Shown here piece after piece: positions 1 to 19,091 of a stretch of 64,000 nt of DNA. The notes below the pieces were generated by a model that ran no database searches, was not told the origin of the DNA, and saw nothing but the letters and a program-made list of their open reading frames with translations. Origin of the DNA: Ramazzottius varieornatus (taxonomy: Eukaryota; Animalia; Tardigrada). The stretch lies in NCBI GenBank assembly GCA_001949185.1, contig BDGG01000004.1, forward strand, positions 273,620 to 337,619, written 5' to 3'. Each line of letters begins with the position of its first letter. Within the stretch, counting starts at the first letter, position 1. The translations under genes were made by a program, and so were the position numbers.

Positions 1-357
1 GACATGAAATTGGTCCACATAAACTCCAGACTGGTGCAGGACCCCAAAGTTGCGCAGATGGTCAGCAGTCATACTTCTTGGGAGTCTCCGCTGTACAGCA
101 CCAGAGTGGCCTTGGGTTTCTTCGTCGTATTCACCCTTGCGCTGTTGATTGGATCCGTTTTGATGTACCGTCGCATGCACAGGTAAGGTAAGACATTTGA
201 TCACTGGGCGTGACTGCTACTGTATTATTAAATGGGAACTGCTCATGATGATATCAGTGCTTTCTGGGGTTTTAGAATGAGAGAGGAAGACCGTACAGTG
301 TTCTCCTCCACAAGTTACGGCGACTTAAGGAACCATAATTACGACTTGGCACTGTAA
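1..357 (+). CDS. 3' end of a single-pass membrane protein gene (partial, two exons)
   Basis: Hydrophobic stretch VALGFFVVFTLALLIGSVLMY followed by basic RRMHR. GTAAGG donor at 183, TTTTAG acceptor near 275, then a short tail exon ending ...NHNYDLAL* at 357. Confidence 0.55.
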
Positions 358-782
358 CGCATGATCGGATGATAGCTCGTGTCGCTGTTTTCCGTGGTCT
401 TTCTTTTGTTCATCTCTTTCTGTTGAGTTGTTACAGTACCTTAAACCTATCGCAGTCTACAGTTGCTCCAGTATAGTGGACCGATAGTTCTAACAAAACT
501 CTCGAGTTTGTCCGGGGCTTACGAGCGAACGTAGCATTATTTTGATCTGATGGCACCGATAACCATGTCGGCGATTCTCTCATTAAACTGAGTTTGATGA
601 AAGCTTCAAGCTTGTCCGCATCATGCTGCCGTACATGTACCGTTCATCGATCAAAGACATTTATTTTGCATCACCCATTTCGCGGTGTGTACGCACTTCT
701 CTGGAACTTTGCCAGGCTCCTTCACGGAAACAAATGTTGCCGAGCTGAGGATCCTTCCGTTCTCTCAGACAATGGTAGTTTA

Positions 783-1349
783 TAGAGAAGGGATAAGTGT
801 GATTAAGTTCGGTTTGGTATATTTCGATTCGGTAAATCCTCACACCGAATCGAAAGTCTCGGTATGAAGTCCACACCGATATTTTCAGTTTGGCAACTCG
901 TCAGACAAAAATTTCAATTTACCAAACCGGATCACACCGAAAAATCGGTAAACCAAAACATAAAAAATCTCTTGTCGACGAAAACACAAGACGGAGCTAG
1001 CCCAAAACGGGGATTTCGTAAGCTATTTGGTGTGTCTTCAGACGGTAGAAGCGTTTTCCCATACCGCGTGGTTTGGCTAGCTAGCACCAAATACCGTGAA
1101 AAAGCCGGAAACTTTCCCGATATTGTAAAAAAATTGGTCAAATTCTTATCTTTCCGGGTCTTTCTGTATGTTTTGATTTACCTAAAGATTTCGATTTGGT
1201 ATCGATTTGGTGCGAACGCACACCGAGAAATCGATTTTTCGGTGTGGGGCTGACACCGATGTTTTCGGTTTCGGTATCTTCTCACACCAAATCGAAAAGT
1301 TCGATTTAGTTTCGATAAATTTCGGTAAATCACACTTATCACATCTCTA
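783..1349. mobile_element. Non-autonomous DNA transposon (MITE), probably hAT-like
   Basis: 22-bp terminal inverted repeats: TAGAGAAGGGATAAGTGTGATT (783-804) and AATCACACTTATCACATCTCTA (1328-1349), 2 mismatches. Many subterminal CACACCGA/TCGGT motifs. TAGTTTA occurs on both flanks (776-782 and 1353-1359, offset by 3 nt), an imperfect target-site duplication candidate. Confidence 0.75.
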
Positions 1350-3361
1350 GACTAGTTTACCAGTGTCAGCTCTCCTTCGTAACATTGCAGCACGCAATGC
1401 GATTGTCTGCTTTACTGATCTGTTCCCAACGTTCGATGGATTGGCCAACGTTCGATGGATTGATCCACAGCAGGATCCTGCCATTTATATGAAATTTATC
1501 CAGTACACCGTGAAAGACGACACGGAATTGCTAAGGTGCTACCATGTCAAGTTCATGTTTGCCAGAGCTGAGTGGGAACCGTGCTGGAATTCTGCTTGTG
1601 ACAATGCCTGGACCGAATATTGCGACCTAGACTCCCACACGAACCATGTCCGGAACAGCATGAAGCCATAGTGTGACAGTTTTAACGCCTCATCTTGTCT
1701 CCTGACGCCTGACTCCGAACCTTTGCCAACAATGTGCGGCGGTATACCTCTTCGGTCTCTACTGAGCCTGAAGGTGGCGCATGCGTGCATTCCAGTTGGC
1801 TATAGACTATAGTTTGGCGATACATGAAAATGTTCCGCTGCTATACTTACAGGACGGACAAACGCCCTTAGTCCAAGCCTGCGCTTATTTCACTCTAACG
1901 TGGGACCAAGTCCAACAGCATCTTTTTGCTTCGCTCAAAACTTCAACTATAATTAAGATGAACATTTCCAGTGTTGTCCTTTTTCAAACCAGTACTATGC
2001 CGCTTCGTAAACTAAATACTAGGAAATAAAATGGAAGGTGCTAGTTCCGTCCAGTCGAAAGTCCCTTCGGTTCCCGAACACGGACTGAAACTTTTCACGT
2101 TGCCCATACGGCACGTCCACTAGGAACTGCGGTCCTCAAATGGCCGGTGAAGCTCTAGCGAAAGCCCCCATCAACCCATCATCCAAAACTTTTGGGGGTG
2201 CTCGATCGCTAGTTCCATCCGTTTTATACGAGCGTATATTTTCGCGCGGTAATTTTGAGCCTCGAGCGCACAGCAGTTCTCAGTTTAATCTCAAAGGTTG
2301 CGATAGGAGCCGTCTCTCAACAGGATAAAGTACGGCTGCGGCGACCAGCGACCAGCGACCATCTTGCCGAGTATTCGCGGATGTGGTATATCTTCGGAAA
2401 AATGCGGACAAGTGCGTCTTCCCGAGCTTGTACGAATGAAGATTGTCTACGTCTGCTTTCCGGTTGGATGGTCTTTCGACAAAGATAAAGGTCTGACGAC
2501 ACGTAAGGAAGAACCCGAAAGTCGACAGAATATGGCTTCCCGCCGCGTTTCTCAGTTTTGTTGAATGCTTTGTTCGTTTTGTATGGCAGGCTTTCTGAAA
2601 TTTATTGGCGCTGAAAGCATATTAGAATCCAAGTATGGATCATAATGCCTGATAATCAGCTAGGAAACCGTACGCGTGATTTACAAGATAAGAACAGGAA
2701 AAAGTGCCGAGTTACGTTAGTGTTAGTATTTTTCAAACAGATTTTACCAGTAGAAAATGTTAGAAATAGCGGATCAAAGTCCACTAGCATATTATCACGT
2801 AAACAACCGAGCATATACGCGGTACATAGTTGTCAGTGCCTTGGCCAATGCATCAAGTGAACAAGGCGGAGTATAGTGACGCTCGTTTCCGGTTTGGCGT
2901 AGTGTTTGCTCTGTCTTATCACGGCGGACCATGCCTCGCTGTGGCAGTGACTTTACTGCCTCAATTTTGACAAAATCGTCAGCAGTAGTACAGTCACGTT
3001 TGCAACACAGACCTCACTGTACTTACTGAGAGTCGCACGCTGACATTCCATCTCGCATACCATGTAGCAAAATATCAGTGTGAGGTTGAAGCCGTTATTA
3101 CATTGCGACCAAGGCCGATCGATTAATGGAAAAGTAGCTTTCATCAACGTCACATCAGTCCTCCCGCGCCTTATCTACATCGATATCCTCCTTGACCATG
3201 CATCGTTACTTGCAATCCCAACCCGGAAGATAGTCCTTCGTCATCCTTGAATCATGGACTCGATAAGTGGTCCTTCATGAGTTTCCGCCTACATTCCGTG
3301 GTTATCCCGCCTCCCACCGTGATAAATATTTGAGTGGAATTCATTGCCAAAAATCCAAAAT

Positions 3362-10728
<7,367 letters not shown>

Positions 10729-10940
10729 AGTGATACAAAAACGGACTAGTTTTTGTCTTTGGATTTCTTTGAATTTAGATGTTTTGAGGTCTACGTTATA
10801 ACAGATCAAACCTTTTCTGACGAAAGATGTAAACGCACGATGGGAAATTATAGGACAGGCTTTTTTGCTACGGCGGTACGGGAGCCACAAACTGCGACCA
10901 TCAGTCCCATTCCTCGTCTGAAAAATCCGAGGCAGAACCA

Positions 10941-13429
10941 TCAGTCTTAGTTGGATAGAAGGACGATAATGTTTCTGAACGCAGTATGAGGCAGAAAACT
11001 CACCGCTCGTCAGAAGAATAGATTCTCTTTCGCGTTCGACATCCATGAGCGAGGACACTTCCTCAACTCTTTTATAGCGATCGACATTTCCGCCCAGAGT
11101 ATCCAAGGTGGACTGAATGCTTGTTTCTGAAGGAATGGGACAACGTGGAACGCCTGACTCTGAAGCAGGACTCTGGCCAGCCCCCGTCTTTCGGAAGTCT
11201 CCGTCAGGTGTCGCCACTGCACTCGACCGCGCGTACTTTTCCCGCCTTTGACTGGACTCTGTTCTTAGCCTTTTCAGGCTTACATTACGCGAACTCGAAG
11301 ACACTTGATTCAGGCTACGTTGGGAACTGGTCTGCGGTGAGCTCGAGACAAACGTTCTCGAACTTCCCGACTCGTCTTCCGAGGACTCGTCTAGCAAATC
11401 TGGGAAATATCTTTGGGTAATCAGACTATACATCGGTTGCACATCGCACAAAAATTACGTGTAACCAGAAATAATCTCAGTCTTAGCTGGATGGAACCAG
11501 CCAAGGTTGTGTTCTTCGATGTAATTCTCGTATACTGCCGAGCTTAATTCCGAAGCACGCTCCCATGTACTTTGCTTTTCCGAGTAGCCTTCCCACTTGA
11601 GAAGGAACTCCATGGGAAGGTTGGTCTTCGGGTGAAGCGATCCTCGGTGTTTCAACACAGCTTCCACATGGTAACCCCCTGACGTCTCTGCCGTTTTTAG
11701 GCCTGCGTTCTCCGCGGTCCCGGAGCTTTTGGCTTCCTTCAGCCGCTTTTCCTTTTCTGCGGACAAAATACAACGCTCAGTTCGATCTCAGCCTTACGAG
11801 ATGTGAGAAAGGGAAAAGTTACCTTTGCGAGAAATGCTCAAATCTTTCTCGACCAAGTATTCCTGGATGAGGTCCGTGCACTGCATATCTTCATAGTATA
11901 CCCAGCTGTTGGTCGTGTCGGGCCAGTCCTTCCATTTGACCAAATACTGGTTGGGAACGCCGGTGTTTGGATTGTCTTTGTAATACTTGCGGCCCAAGAT
12001 CTTCTCCACAACATACAGTACGTTCACGCAAAATGGTGCCAACTCTAAACTCGACTGTAAAAAAAATCCCTGTACTCGCTTCCCTTCCATCTCAGGTGAT
12101 TTCACACTCCATTTTCAATCCCGCGTTTCATGAAGGAACACTTTCTGAGTTAACTTTCGAGATGGCTCCAGAAACTAGTTCTAAAACGAAGGCTATGGTA
12201 GTGGCTTGGGGTGCGGAACGTTTATCCCATCAGAAAATTTCAGATCGACTTTTAGAGCACGGGGTTTTGCTGCATAGGAAGACGGTCAGCAAGATACTCA
12301 AAGACGAAGAAACGAAGCGAAACGGATGGACGAAGCCTCCAAAGCGACTGTCAGCGCAATTTCTTCCGTCGGTGCGTACCAAAGCCAACATCCGGAAAGT
12401 GAAGAAGGCCGTCCTTAAGAAGATCCCAGACTCTCAGCGGAAACTGGCCCGTAAACTAGGATGTTCGGTGGGTAGTGTAAGCAAGATTGTCCATGAGAAT
12501 CTAGGTCTGAAGGTGCGCAAGAAGACAAATGTTCACCACCTGACCGACGTGCAGAAAAAGCAAAGGTACGAGCGCGGAAAGCTCTTTATCCAGTACCTGG
12601 GGCCTCAAAAGATAAAGAAAATCTTTACCATGGACGAAACGTGGATCACTCTAGACGATTGCAATAGCGAAAAGGAGTATTACTACACCGACAATTTTCT
12701 GGAAATCCCCAAAGAGTGGCGCAAAAAACCCACGAAACACTGGCCGAAGAAGATCATGGTCGCTATTGGAATCTCCTGGCAAGGGATGACGAAAGCATAC
12801 GTAGTTGACGGTAAGGCTAAAGTAACAGCCAAGTATTTCATCGACAAGATTCTGTCGAGAATGGTAAAAGAAGATCTACCTCGTTTGTACGGCAGAGCTG
12901 CGAAAGAAGTCACCGTCCATTTTGACAGCGCCAGGTCCCATGCCGCGAAGTACACCCAGAACTGGATGAAAGTGAACCATCCGAGGTTTGTTCCTGAGTA
13001 CCACTGGATGGCCAGTTCACCGGACCTAGCACCGCTGGACTACGCGATCAATGGAATTTTGAAGAAATATTTAGCTGATCGCAAAGCTACCACCATTTCT
13101 GGATTGAGCAAGGTTATCCAAGATGTGTGCACCAACTTCGACCTCCGGATCATCCGCAAGTCACTTTCTTTTCGACCTCCGGATCATCCGCAAGTCACTT
13201 TCTTTCTGTCGAGCATCNNNNNNNNNNNNNNNNNNNNNNNNNNNNNNNNNNNNNNNNNNNNNNNNNNGATGCTCGACAGAAAGGGGGATCATGTAGAAAT
13301 AGATTGAGAATTTAGGTTTCGTTCTGTGATGTAGGAGAATTTCTCGAAAAAGCTGGCACCATTTTGCGTGAAGGCAGTGTAGTTCAGGGCGTTGTCACGA
13401 GACTTGCTTTTTTGGGGTGATTTCGGCAT
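10941..13429 (-). CDS. Tandem chromodomain protein, interrupted in exon 1 by a maT transposon; 3' end uncertain
   Basis: ATG at 13429 (MPKSPQKSKSRDNALNY) joins in frame to VVEKILGRK...YLVKWKDWPDTTNSWV (chromodomain 1) once 12016-13379 plus one TA is removed. Intron about 11758-11821. Chromodomain 2 is YHVEAVLKHR...FLLKWEGYSEKQSTWE. An in-phase splice leads to a Ser/acidic low-complexity exon (about 11004-11412). Confidence 0.75.
12016..13379 (+). mobile_element. Tc1/mariner transposon, DD37D (maT) family, full length
   Basis: About 29-bp imperfect TIRs: CAGTACGTTCACGCAAAATGGTGCCAACT and AGCTGGCACCATTTTGCGTGAAGGCAGTG. TA duplication at 12014-15 and 13380-81. Internal transposase ORF. Confidence 0.93.
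12162..13307 (+). CDS. DD37D (maT) transposase
   Basis: HTH-like N-terminus (SQRKLARKLGCSVGSVSKIV). Catalytic motifs IFTMDETW, VHFDSARSH and SSPDLAPLDY, with 37 residues between the second and third Asp. The C-terminus crosses an N gap. Confidence 0.9.
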   Translation: MAPETSSKTKAMVVAWGAERLSHQKISDRLLEHGVLLHRKTVSKILKDEETKRNGWTKPPKRLSAQFLPSVRTKANIRKVKKAVLKKIPDSQRKLARKLGCSVGSVSKIVHENLGLKVRKKTNVHHLTDVQKKQRYERGKLFIQYLGPQKIKKIFTMDETWITLDDCNSEKEYYYTDNFLEIPKEWRKKPTKHWPKKIMVAIGISWQGMTKAYVVDGKAKVTAKYFIDKILSRMVKEDLPRLYGRAAKEVTVHFDSARSHAAKYTQNWMKVNHPRFVPEYHWMASSPDLAPLDYAINGILKKYLADRKATTISGLSKVIQDVCTNFDLRIIRKSLSFRPPDHPQVTFFLSSIXXXXXXXXXXXXXXXXXMLDRKGDHVEID

Positions 13430-14057
13430 TTTGGAAATCCTTTCGATATAAACGGTATAACAAGACGCTATTTCTGTATGTAGTACAGTATGTTGTCCGC
13501 ACTAACAGTCCTGCAAACATCAGATAACCTATATCGAAGTTCCTTGCACAAACGGCAGATGAAGTTGGACATCGACGGTAAGAGTCTGTCGGCTGTCAGT
13601 ACCAAAGTCCACACAATGCCCAACCAAGGGTTAGTATTGCCCTTTCATGAGGTTTATTCTATCGTCTATACAGCGCAGTGTCCACCTGCACTCGTTGTAC
13701 TTTCTGCTCCTGCAAGGTGTTCTCGCCCTTGGAAACTAACTGTGAAAGAGCTTTTGTTCCATTCAGTCGCCCTCGTTCTCAACCCTTGTTCTGTATCAGT
13801 GCTATCGTGCAGTGCATGGTTATTGCAGCCGCTATTTGTTAAGACCGTACTACCAGATACAATCTTGTGAAAGTAACGTTTACAGAAGGGAGAGAGAACC
13901 TCCCAGCATGCAGCCACGCGACACAGATAACAAAGGCAAATAATACTACAATAGATGGCAGTTCCTCGTTCGCCAAATAAGTGGCCTTCCAGCCGACCGA
14001 ATTGACGCCAATGCGCATCTGTATTGCGTCTGCACAAAGCAAGCACCCAGACAGATT

Positions 14058-15021
14058 TCAAAAATTTCGCCATATCGCAAAGTAGAATAACCAGGGAAAG
14101 GAGATAATAAGGGGGCAGGAAGTGTCGCTGAGTGTCGAGTCTTGACCAGATCTTACATCCAACCCAGTTGCGTCGGTCGGCTTAGTCCAGTGTCTTGTCC
14201 AGCGCGTAGTCCAGTGGAACTCTGGAATGGTCGTGCCAGTGTAACCTACCGCTGTGGTCTCGTCCAGATCCTTGACTGGAGATTCCAGGTCGGAAGCTTC
14301 TTCTGCCCACCAGCCAGACAAGTCTACCTGGGAATCCTTCGTCAGCGACTCCTCGTCAGTATGAAAGTATCGGTAGAACATGCTGTCGTAGGTGAAATGG
14401 TTGCAGTAGTCCCCGTCGGTGCATACACATGCGATGAACTTTCCGTATTTCTCATGGACGTTACCTAACTCGGAAACGTCGAATTCATGCTTCAAAACGC
14501 TGCAACGCTGTCGAACGTCCTCATGCCAATAGTTCACACGTCCGAACTCCCACTTCGTGGTGTAGTAGGCATCGTCCCGTAAATCCAAACACCCGCGAGT
14601 TATTCGAACTGGGGAGATAACTTTTAACGGACTACTTCGAAGTCGCTCTTTGTTTGAATGGTCTCGCCAAATTTTGGCACTAGCTAACTCTTATCAAATT
14701 GACAGGACAGAAACAGAGCTTGGACTTACAGTACGGTACGTTCTGATATTCCGTAAACACAGCTCCGCAAAATTGTCTGTCACCTTGGCAGGGAACATAG
14801 CCGTTCGGCCGTTTTGCAATTCGGTCTAAAGCCGCTCTGTTGTCGGAAATACAGTCGATGTCGTCGGTCGGAAACGTCCCGTGAAACGGCTCTTCCTTCC
14901 ACAAGTTGACCTCCACTGAACAATTGTAACACAGCTGACGTCCATTTACAAAGCAGCGGTCAACCCTCAACAAAGCTAACCAGACGCAAGACACCAGAAT
15001 CTTCAAGTACCACCAGCTCAT
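14058..15021 (-). CDS. Ly6/uPAR (three-finger, quiver/sleepless-like) protein with Thr-rich stalk and hydrophobic C-terminus (GPI-like), two exons
   Basis: Signal peptide MSWWYLKILVSCVWLALL. LCYNC start motif, ITRGCLD, ACVCTDGDYCN end motif, Thr-rich region and hydrophobic tail CPLIISFPWLFYFAIW. Confidence 0.75.
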
Positions 15022-15230
15022 CTTAGTGACTTCGTCTGATATTCGTTTTCCATAACTTCTGGACAGAATGGTAGGAGAGAAATGGTAAAATAAATCCATT
15101 ACAGAACAGGCAAATTAGTACAATGTGGCGAGAGCTTCATTGGGCATGATTTGTAATATCCCAACTAACCGTGAACATGAAGCCGTAAGCTGAAAAACAC
15201 ACGAAACAAGTTGCACGGTAACATTTTAGT

Positions 15231-16326
15231 TTATCGGACTGCAGTCCAAAAATGCGCATGGTTCAGCATAACGATAAGAGTACAACAGGCTAAAACCAAA
15301 ATCACCGTTGAATGACATCTCCGTTCCGAGGGCGACACAGTGGTGGGCGGAACAAACGGACCACCAGTGAGTCCAGCGACTTCGTTCGTCGTAATCATAT
15401 ACGGTGGTTCCACGGCTGTCGTCTTACCACGCATGACGTCGAATATAGGGTTCATAGTGCCCGTGGTGTAACCTCCAGTGACCGTCACCACGTCTTGGTC
15501 ATCTCGCATCTGTGTACTGGTCACTGCCGGAGTGGTAGTCGGCTCCTGGGTATAACTGCCGTCCGGTTCACGGTACACCTTCCTGATCACTGTTTCGGGG
15601 CGGACTGCCGTTAGTACCGGAGACGTACCCCAATGTTGCAGGAAGACACTGTCAAATGCCCAGTTGTTGCAGAAATCTTTTCGAGTCTTGCACCAACTGA
15701 AAAAGCATAATTTGTACACAATGACATATTCCACCAAATTACCAACAAATCAGCTATTTGCATAGTGTCTACACACCATATGAGGTTAATGCCATAATAT
15801 TCGAACGCTGATTTTGGAACTCGCGCATCGTAAGTAGGATGCTTGGCGCATTGATCAGTGTGATGTGGATATCCCGAGAAGGTATCTTTGTCCAAACATC
15901 CCCGGGTGAAACGATCTATTCGAACAAGTCTGGTAACTTTTACACGTGGGATCACCATACCTATAGTAAGGTTGAGGCTATACTATAATTAGGTATTTGT
16001 ACGGTTCACAACGATTACTTGCATTGGTTTCCTGGCATCTCTCGGAAGCTGACAGAACAACGATCGTTAAAATTGGGGCAACTGTAGTTCACGTTTGGGC
16101 GTTTCTGCATCTCGTCCAGATCTACTTGGTAATTAGTAATACAAAGCAGAGTATCGGATGGCATGGAGTAACTGCCGTTGGACCAATTCTTAGTACGATT
16201 GAACTGCACGGTGCACTGATGACACCTGACGGTGTAGGTGGTTCCGTTCACCCAACTCAAAGATACTAGCTGCAACCAGGCAATTACAAAAGCAAATACC
16301 GCAGTGCCGATTAGCGATCTTCGCAT
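15231..16326 (-). CDS. Ly6/uPAR (three-finger) protein paralog with mucin-like stalk and hydrophobic C-terminus, multi-exon
   Basis: Signal MRRSLIGTAVFAFVIAWLQLVSL, then VRCHQC, RFTRGCLD and CKTRKDFCNNWAFDS (matches CNHFTYDS of the neighbouring gene). Thr/Pro stalk. Tail VILVLACCTLIVML. Confidence 0.72.
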
Positions 16327-16742
16327 TTCTCCCGCTCTGACTTCACAAGCAGCAACTTTGAACACAACTTCCAGGTTTCCCTCTCGCCCGTCGCATTATC
16401 CCAGCCCAAAGGTCAATATCCATTATCCATACGGATGAAACTACTACAGAACGGAGGTAGAATTAGTACATAACGAAAAAGACAAAGAAGCATCCAGAAC
16501 TACTCTGTTAACGATCATTAAGCGCTAGCGTCGGTTCCAGATTTGTCCCTATGACTACAGAAACCATATGTGCCTTTAAAAGTACAATACCCATGTCTGG
16601 CTTACTGTGTCGCGAAGGTGACAAAACCTACCGTTGATCCCACCATAAATGTCGATACTTAAATCCAAGAGTAGTCTTATTATTTTGATATGTTCTTCGT
16701 TCATCGTTAGAAAGATGCTGTTCGAGCTTATGTGACTGAACC

Positions 16743-17123
16743 ATGCAGCTGTCACTGGCAGCCGTTACGCTGCTACTAATCTGCTGCATTTCTCTTGGTA
16801 AGCTGCCACCGAATTATTCGAATCTATCAAAGGATCAGCTCAAACCATTTTCCTGTAGGTTCCGCCCTCGAATGCATCCTTTGTTATGGAGGAGATGTTA
16901 TACCTTTGTGTAACCCCTCTCGATCACATTCCCGCAGAACTCAACAATGCGGTCATCGCTGATAAATCAGCCGACTTCTGTTTGCCGTAATGCGGATTAC
17001 TGAAGTCATTGCGGACAACATTTTCTCTAAATGACTCAAATCACCACAAATAACCACGCTTCCAAGAGAGTGGTCAAAGTACACAGTGTCACAGCGTGGC
17101 ATTTTGGAGTCTTTGTGGCCGGG
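16743..17123 (+). pseudogene. Degenerate Ly6/uPAR-like gene (runs into assembly gap)
   Basis: Signal exon MQLSLAAVTLLLICCISL followed by a GTAAG donor. After the CTGTAG acceptor, exon 2 reads GSALECILC. Downstream frames contain stops. Confidence 0.45.
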
Positions 17124-17197
17124 NNNNNNNNNNNNNNNNNNNNNNNNNNNNNNNNNNNNNNNNNNNNNNNNNNCACTGGTCCGATCATGACCAGCGC

Positions 17198-18304
17198 TTA
17201 CCCGGCGCCAAAGCGATTAATAGCACATATAGGTTGTAAATTACTCATTATAACCGAAAATGATATTTGATAACGGTAGACACAAACAAATATTCTCCTT
17301 GGAGTGTACAAACCTGTGCTGGCCTGCATAATCAGTGGAGTAGAATTATTTTCTTGGCCGACGTCCAGCAGTACCGGTCCAAAAGCTGTCACGTTCTGCG
17401 GCGTTGGGAAGGAGTGCGAAGGGACATCGGCCACACCGATACGCAAGTTCGAAGGTTGATGTCCGGTCAAGTCCGTAGGAGAAGGTTCAACAGGCTCTGG
17501 AGAACGACCATAGGTAGAAGGACTGGCAGATTGAGCGTACGAGAAGGATGCTTCGGGGTGCGGAACAGGAGGAAGAACGGGAGCGATGTGGTCGGTGGTC
17601 GGAAGAGAAACCTCAGGTTCCTCAGTGCGTGTGGCCAGTTCCTCTGTAAAAGTTTCAGGGTCGCCTACGAAAAAATACTAATGTCAGCAACATCGGGTAT
17701 AATCGAACTGTAGTTGAGATTGTTTCGGACAAAATGGAATGTCGAAAAATGAATCCGCGTGGAATTGTTATGCCAAGTGGCGTAGGCTTTCGGCCAATAG
17801 CCAAGTAAACGTGCGCCACTTGGCAGTCCGGCAGTATTGTTTTCCCTACGTCGCGCAACCCCACGTATGGTGACAATGCAAAGGTGCGCCACTTAAGATA
17901 ACTACCTGGGTAGAATCATTCACTGACACCTGAAATATTCTGCAAAAATAAGGTGATAGGCTACGCACCATACGGAAATAGTGGAAGGTCCGAGGGTGCA
18001 ACGCGTATTTTCTTTCGGTTAAACTAACGAACCAATTTCATACAGTGCCGAAGACCATAGGCTGGCTCCCACGAGTCTTCTCCGGGGCAGTTTTTCCACT
18101 TGACGGAATAATGACGTATTCCGCCGTGGGATTTAGAAAACATAATTTCTTCGACCTCAAAAAGTTCATCCGGCACAGGAAGAGAGATATTACGGCACGG
18201 GAAGAGAGATGGAGGAAATGGCCACACAGTGAAGCAGCAGGTCTGTGCGCCGGAATCGGGAGATACTCCCTCAAACACATGGAGCATTCAGGTTTTTCTC
18301 CCAT
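17198..18304 (-). pseudogene. RING finger + chromodomain gene, degenerate
   Basis: MGEKPECSMCLREY...SLCGHFLH is an N-terminal RING half. A frameshift leads to FPCR, then a chromodomain FEVEEIMFSK...HYSVKWKNCPGEDSWEP...CMKLVR with an in-frame TAG. A downstream Pro/Ser/Thr-rich exon (about 17200-17662) has a TTTTCGTAG acceptor. Confidence 0.6.
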
Positions 18305-19091
18305 TTCCAACAGTAACTAAAATCTTCCTGGTGTACATACAATACCCGAAGAATATTTCGTAATGGTCAGAAGTGATACAATAATATCTAGCGCTGAAAC
18401 CTTACCAAATTCAGTGACAGATGAAAACTCATATGAGTGCACTAGCAACAGATGTTTGTCTGTCCGTTCGAAATGCAAAGCGAGTTCGAAGAATGATTTA
18501 TGGTCGTGTATCAACTCTTATCAAAACAACGCTTCTCCCTTCTCCCTTCTCCCTTCTTGCGGCCACGACGGCTATTGTCTTTCGTAAGGCCACCGTCTTG
18601 CGTCTATAGCTAGCTATGGCCTTTCTTCTAACGGGATATGCGCATCACGCATATATCTCTGATGCCGTCGCGGTTGAACTAGCCATGGTGTATGACTGTC
18701 TCCTACAACTAGAGGACTGTCTGGTAGAAGTTCCAGTAGGCATAGTGCCGAGAGTTGCTGTGCGGTTCTCCAGTGTTTTGCTCGTGTAAGGCACAGGTAA
18801 TGGCTACAAGATGGGTCAAGTTGAGCGCTATTATTGCATGAACTTGGGTAGCTCTTACTGCTATAATACTGTAGTTGACGTTTGGTAGTGCGTGATGCTT
18901 GAGCGTATCTGTATGCGGATACGGTTAAGATCAATTTAATTTCTCGATTTGACTCATACAGTGATCGTCATGTACATAAGACGGTCGGACACTCAAACAA
19001 CGGACAAACGGCCAAAGTATTGTAATATTACGGTACCTTCGGCGAAGTCTAGACGCAAAATTTTAATCAGGTACCGAAAGAATTAATCTAA

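Noticed and set aside
1363-2029. Short ORFs downstream of the first MITE as a disrupted gene
   Set aside because: No recognisable domain or consistent splice pattern.
11967-12161. N-terminal extension of the 446-aa transposase ORF
   Set aside because: It starts at TTG outside the left TIR. The plausible start is the ATG at 12162.
13138-13285. Tandem duplication and inverted sequence flanking the N run in the transposase
   Set aside because: The sequences either side of the gap are reverse complements (CTTTCTGTCGAGCATC / GATGCTCGACAGAAAG) and abut Ns, so this is most likely an assembly artefact.
17174-17200. CACTG immediately after the gap as a CACTA terminal repeat
   Set aside because: No matching inverted copy beyond 5 bp was found near 24.0-24.3 kb.
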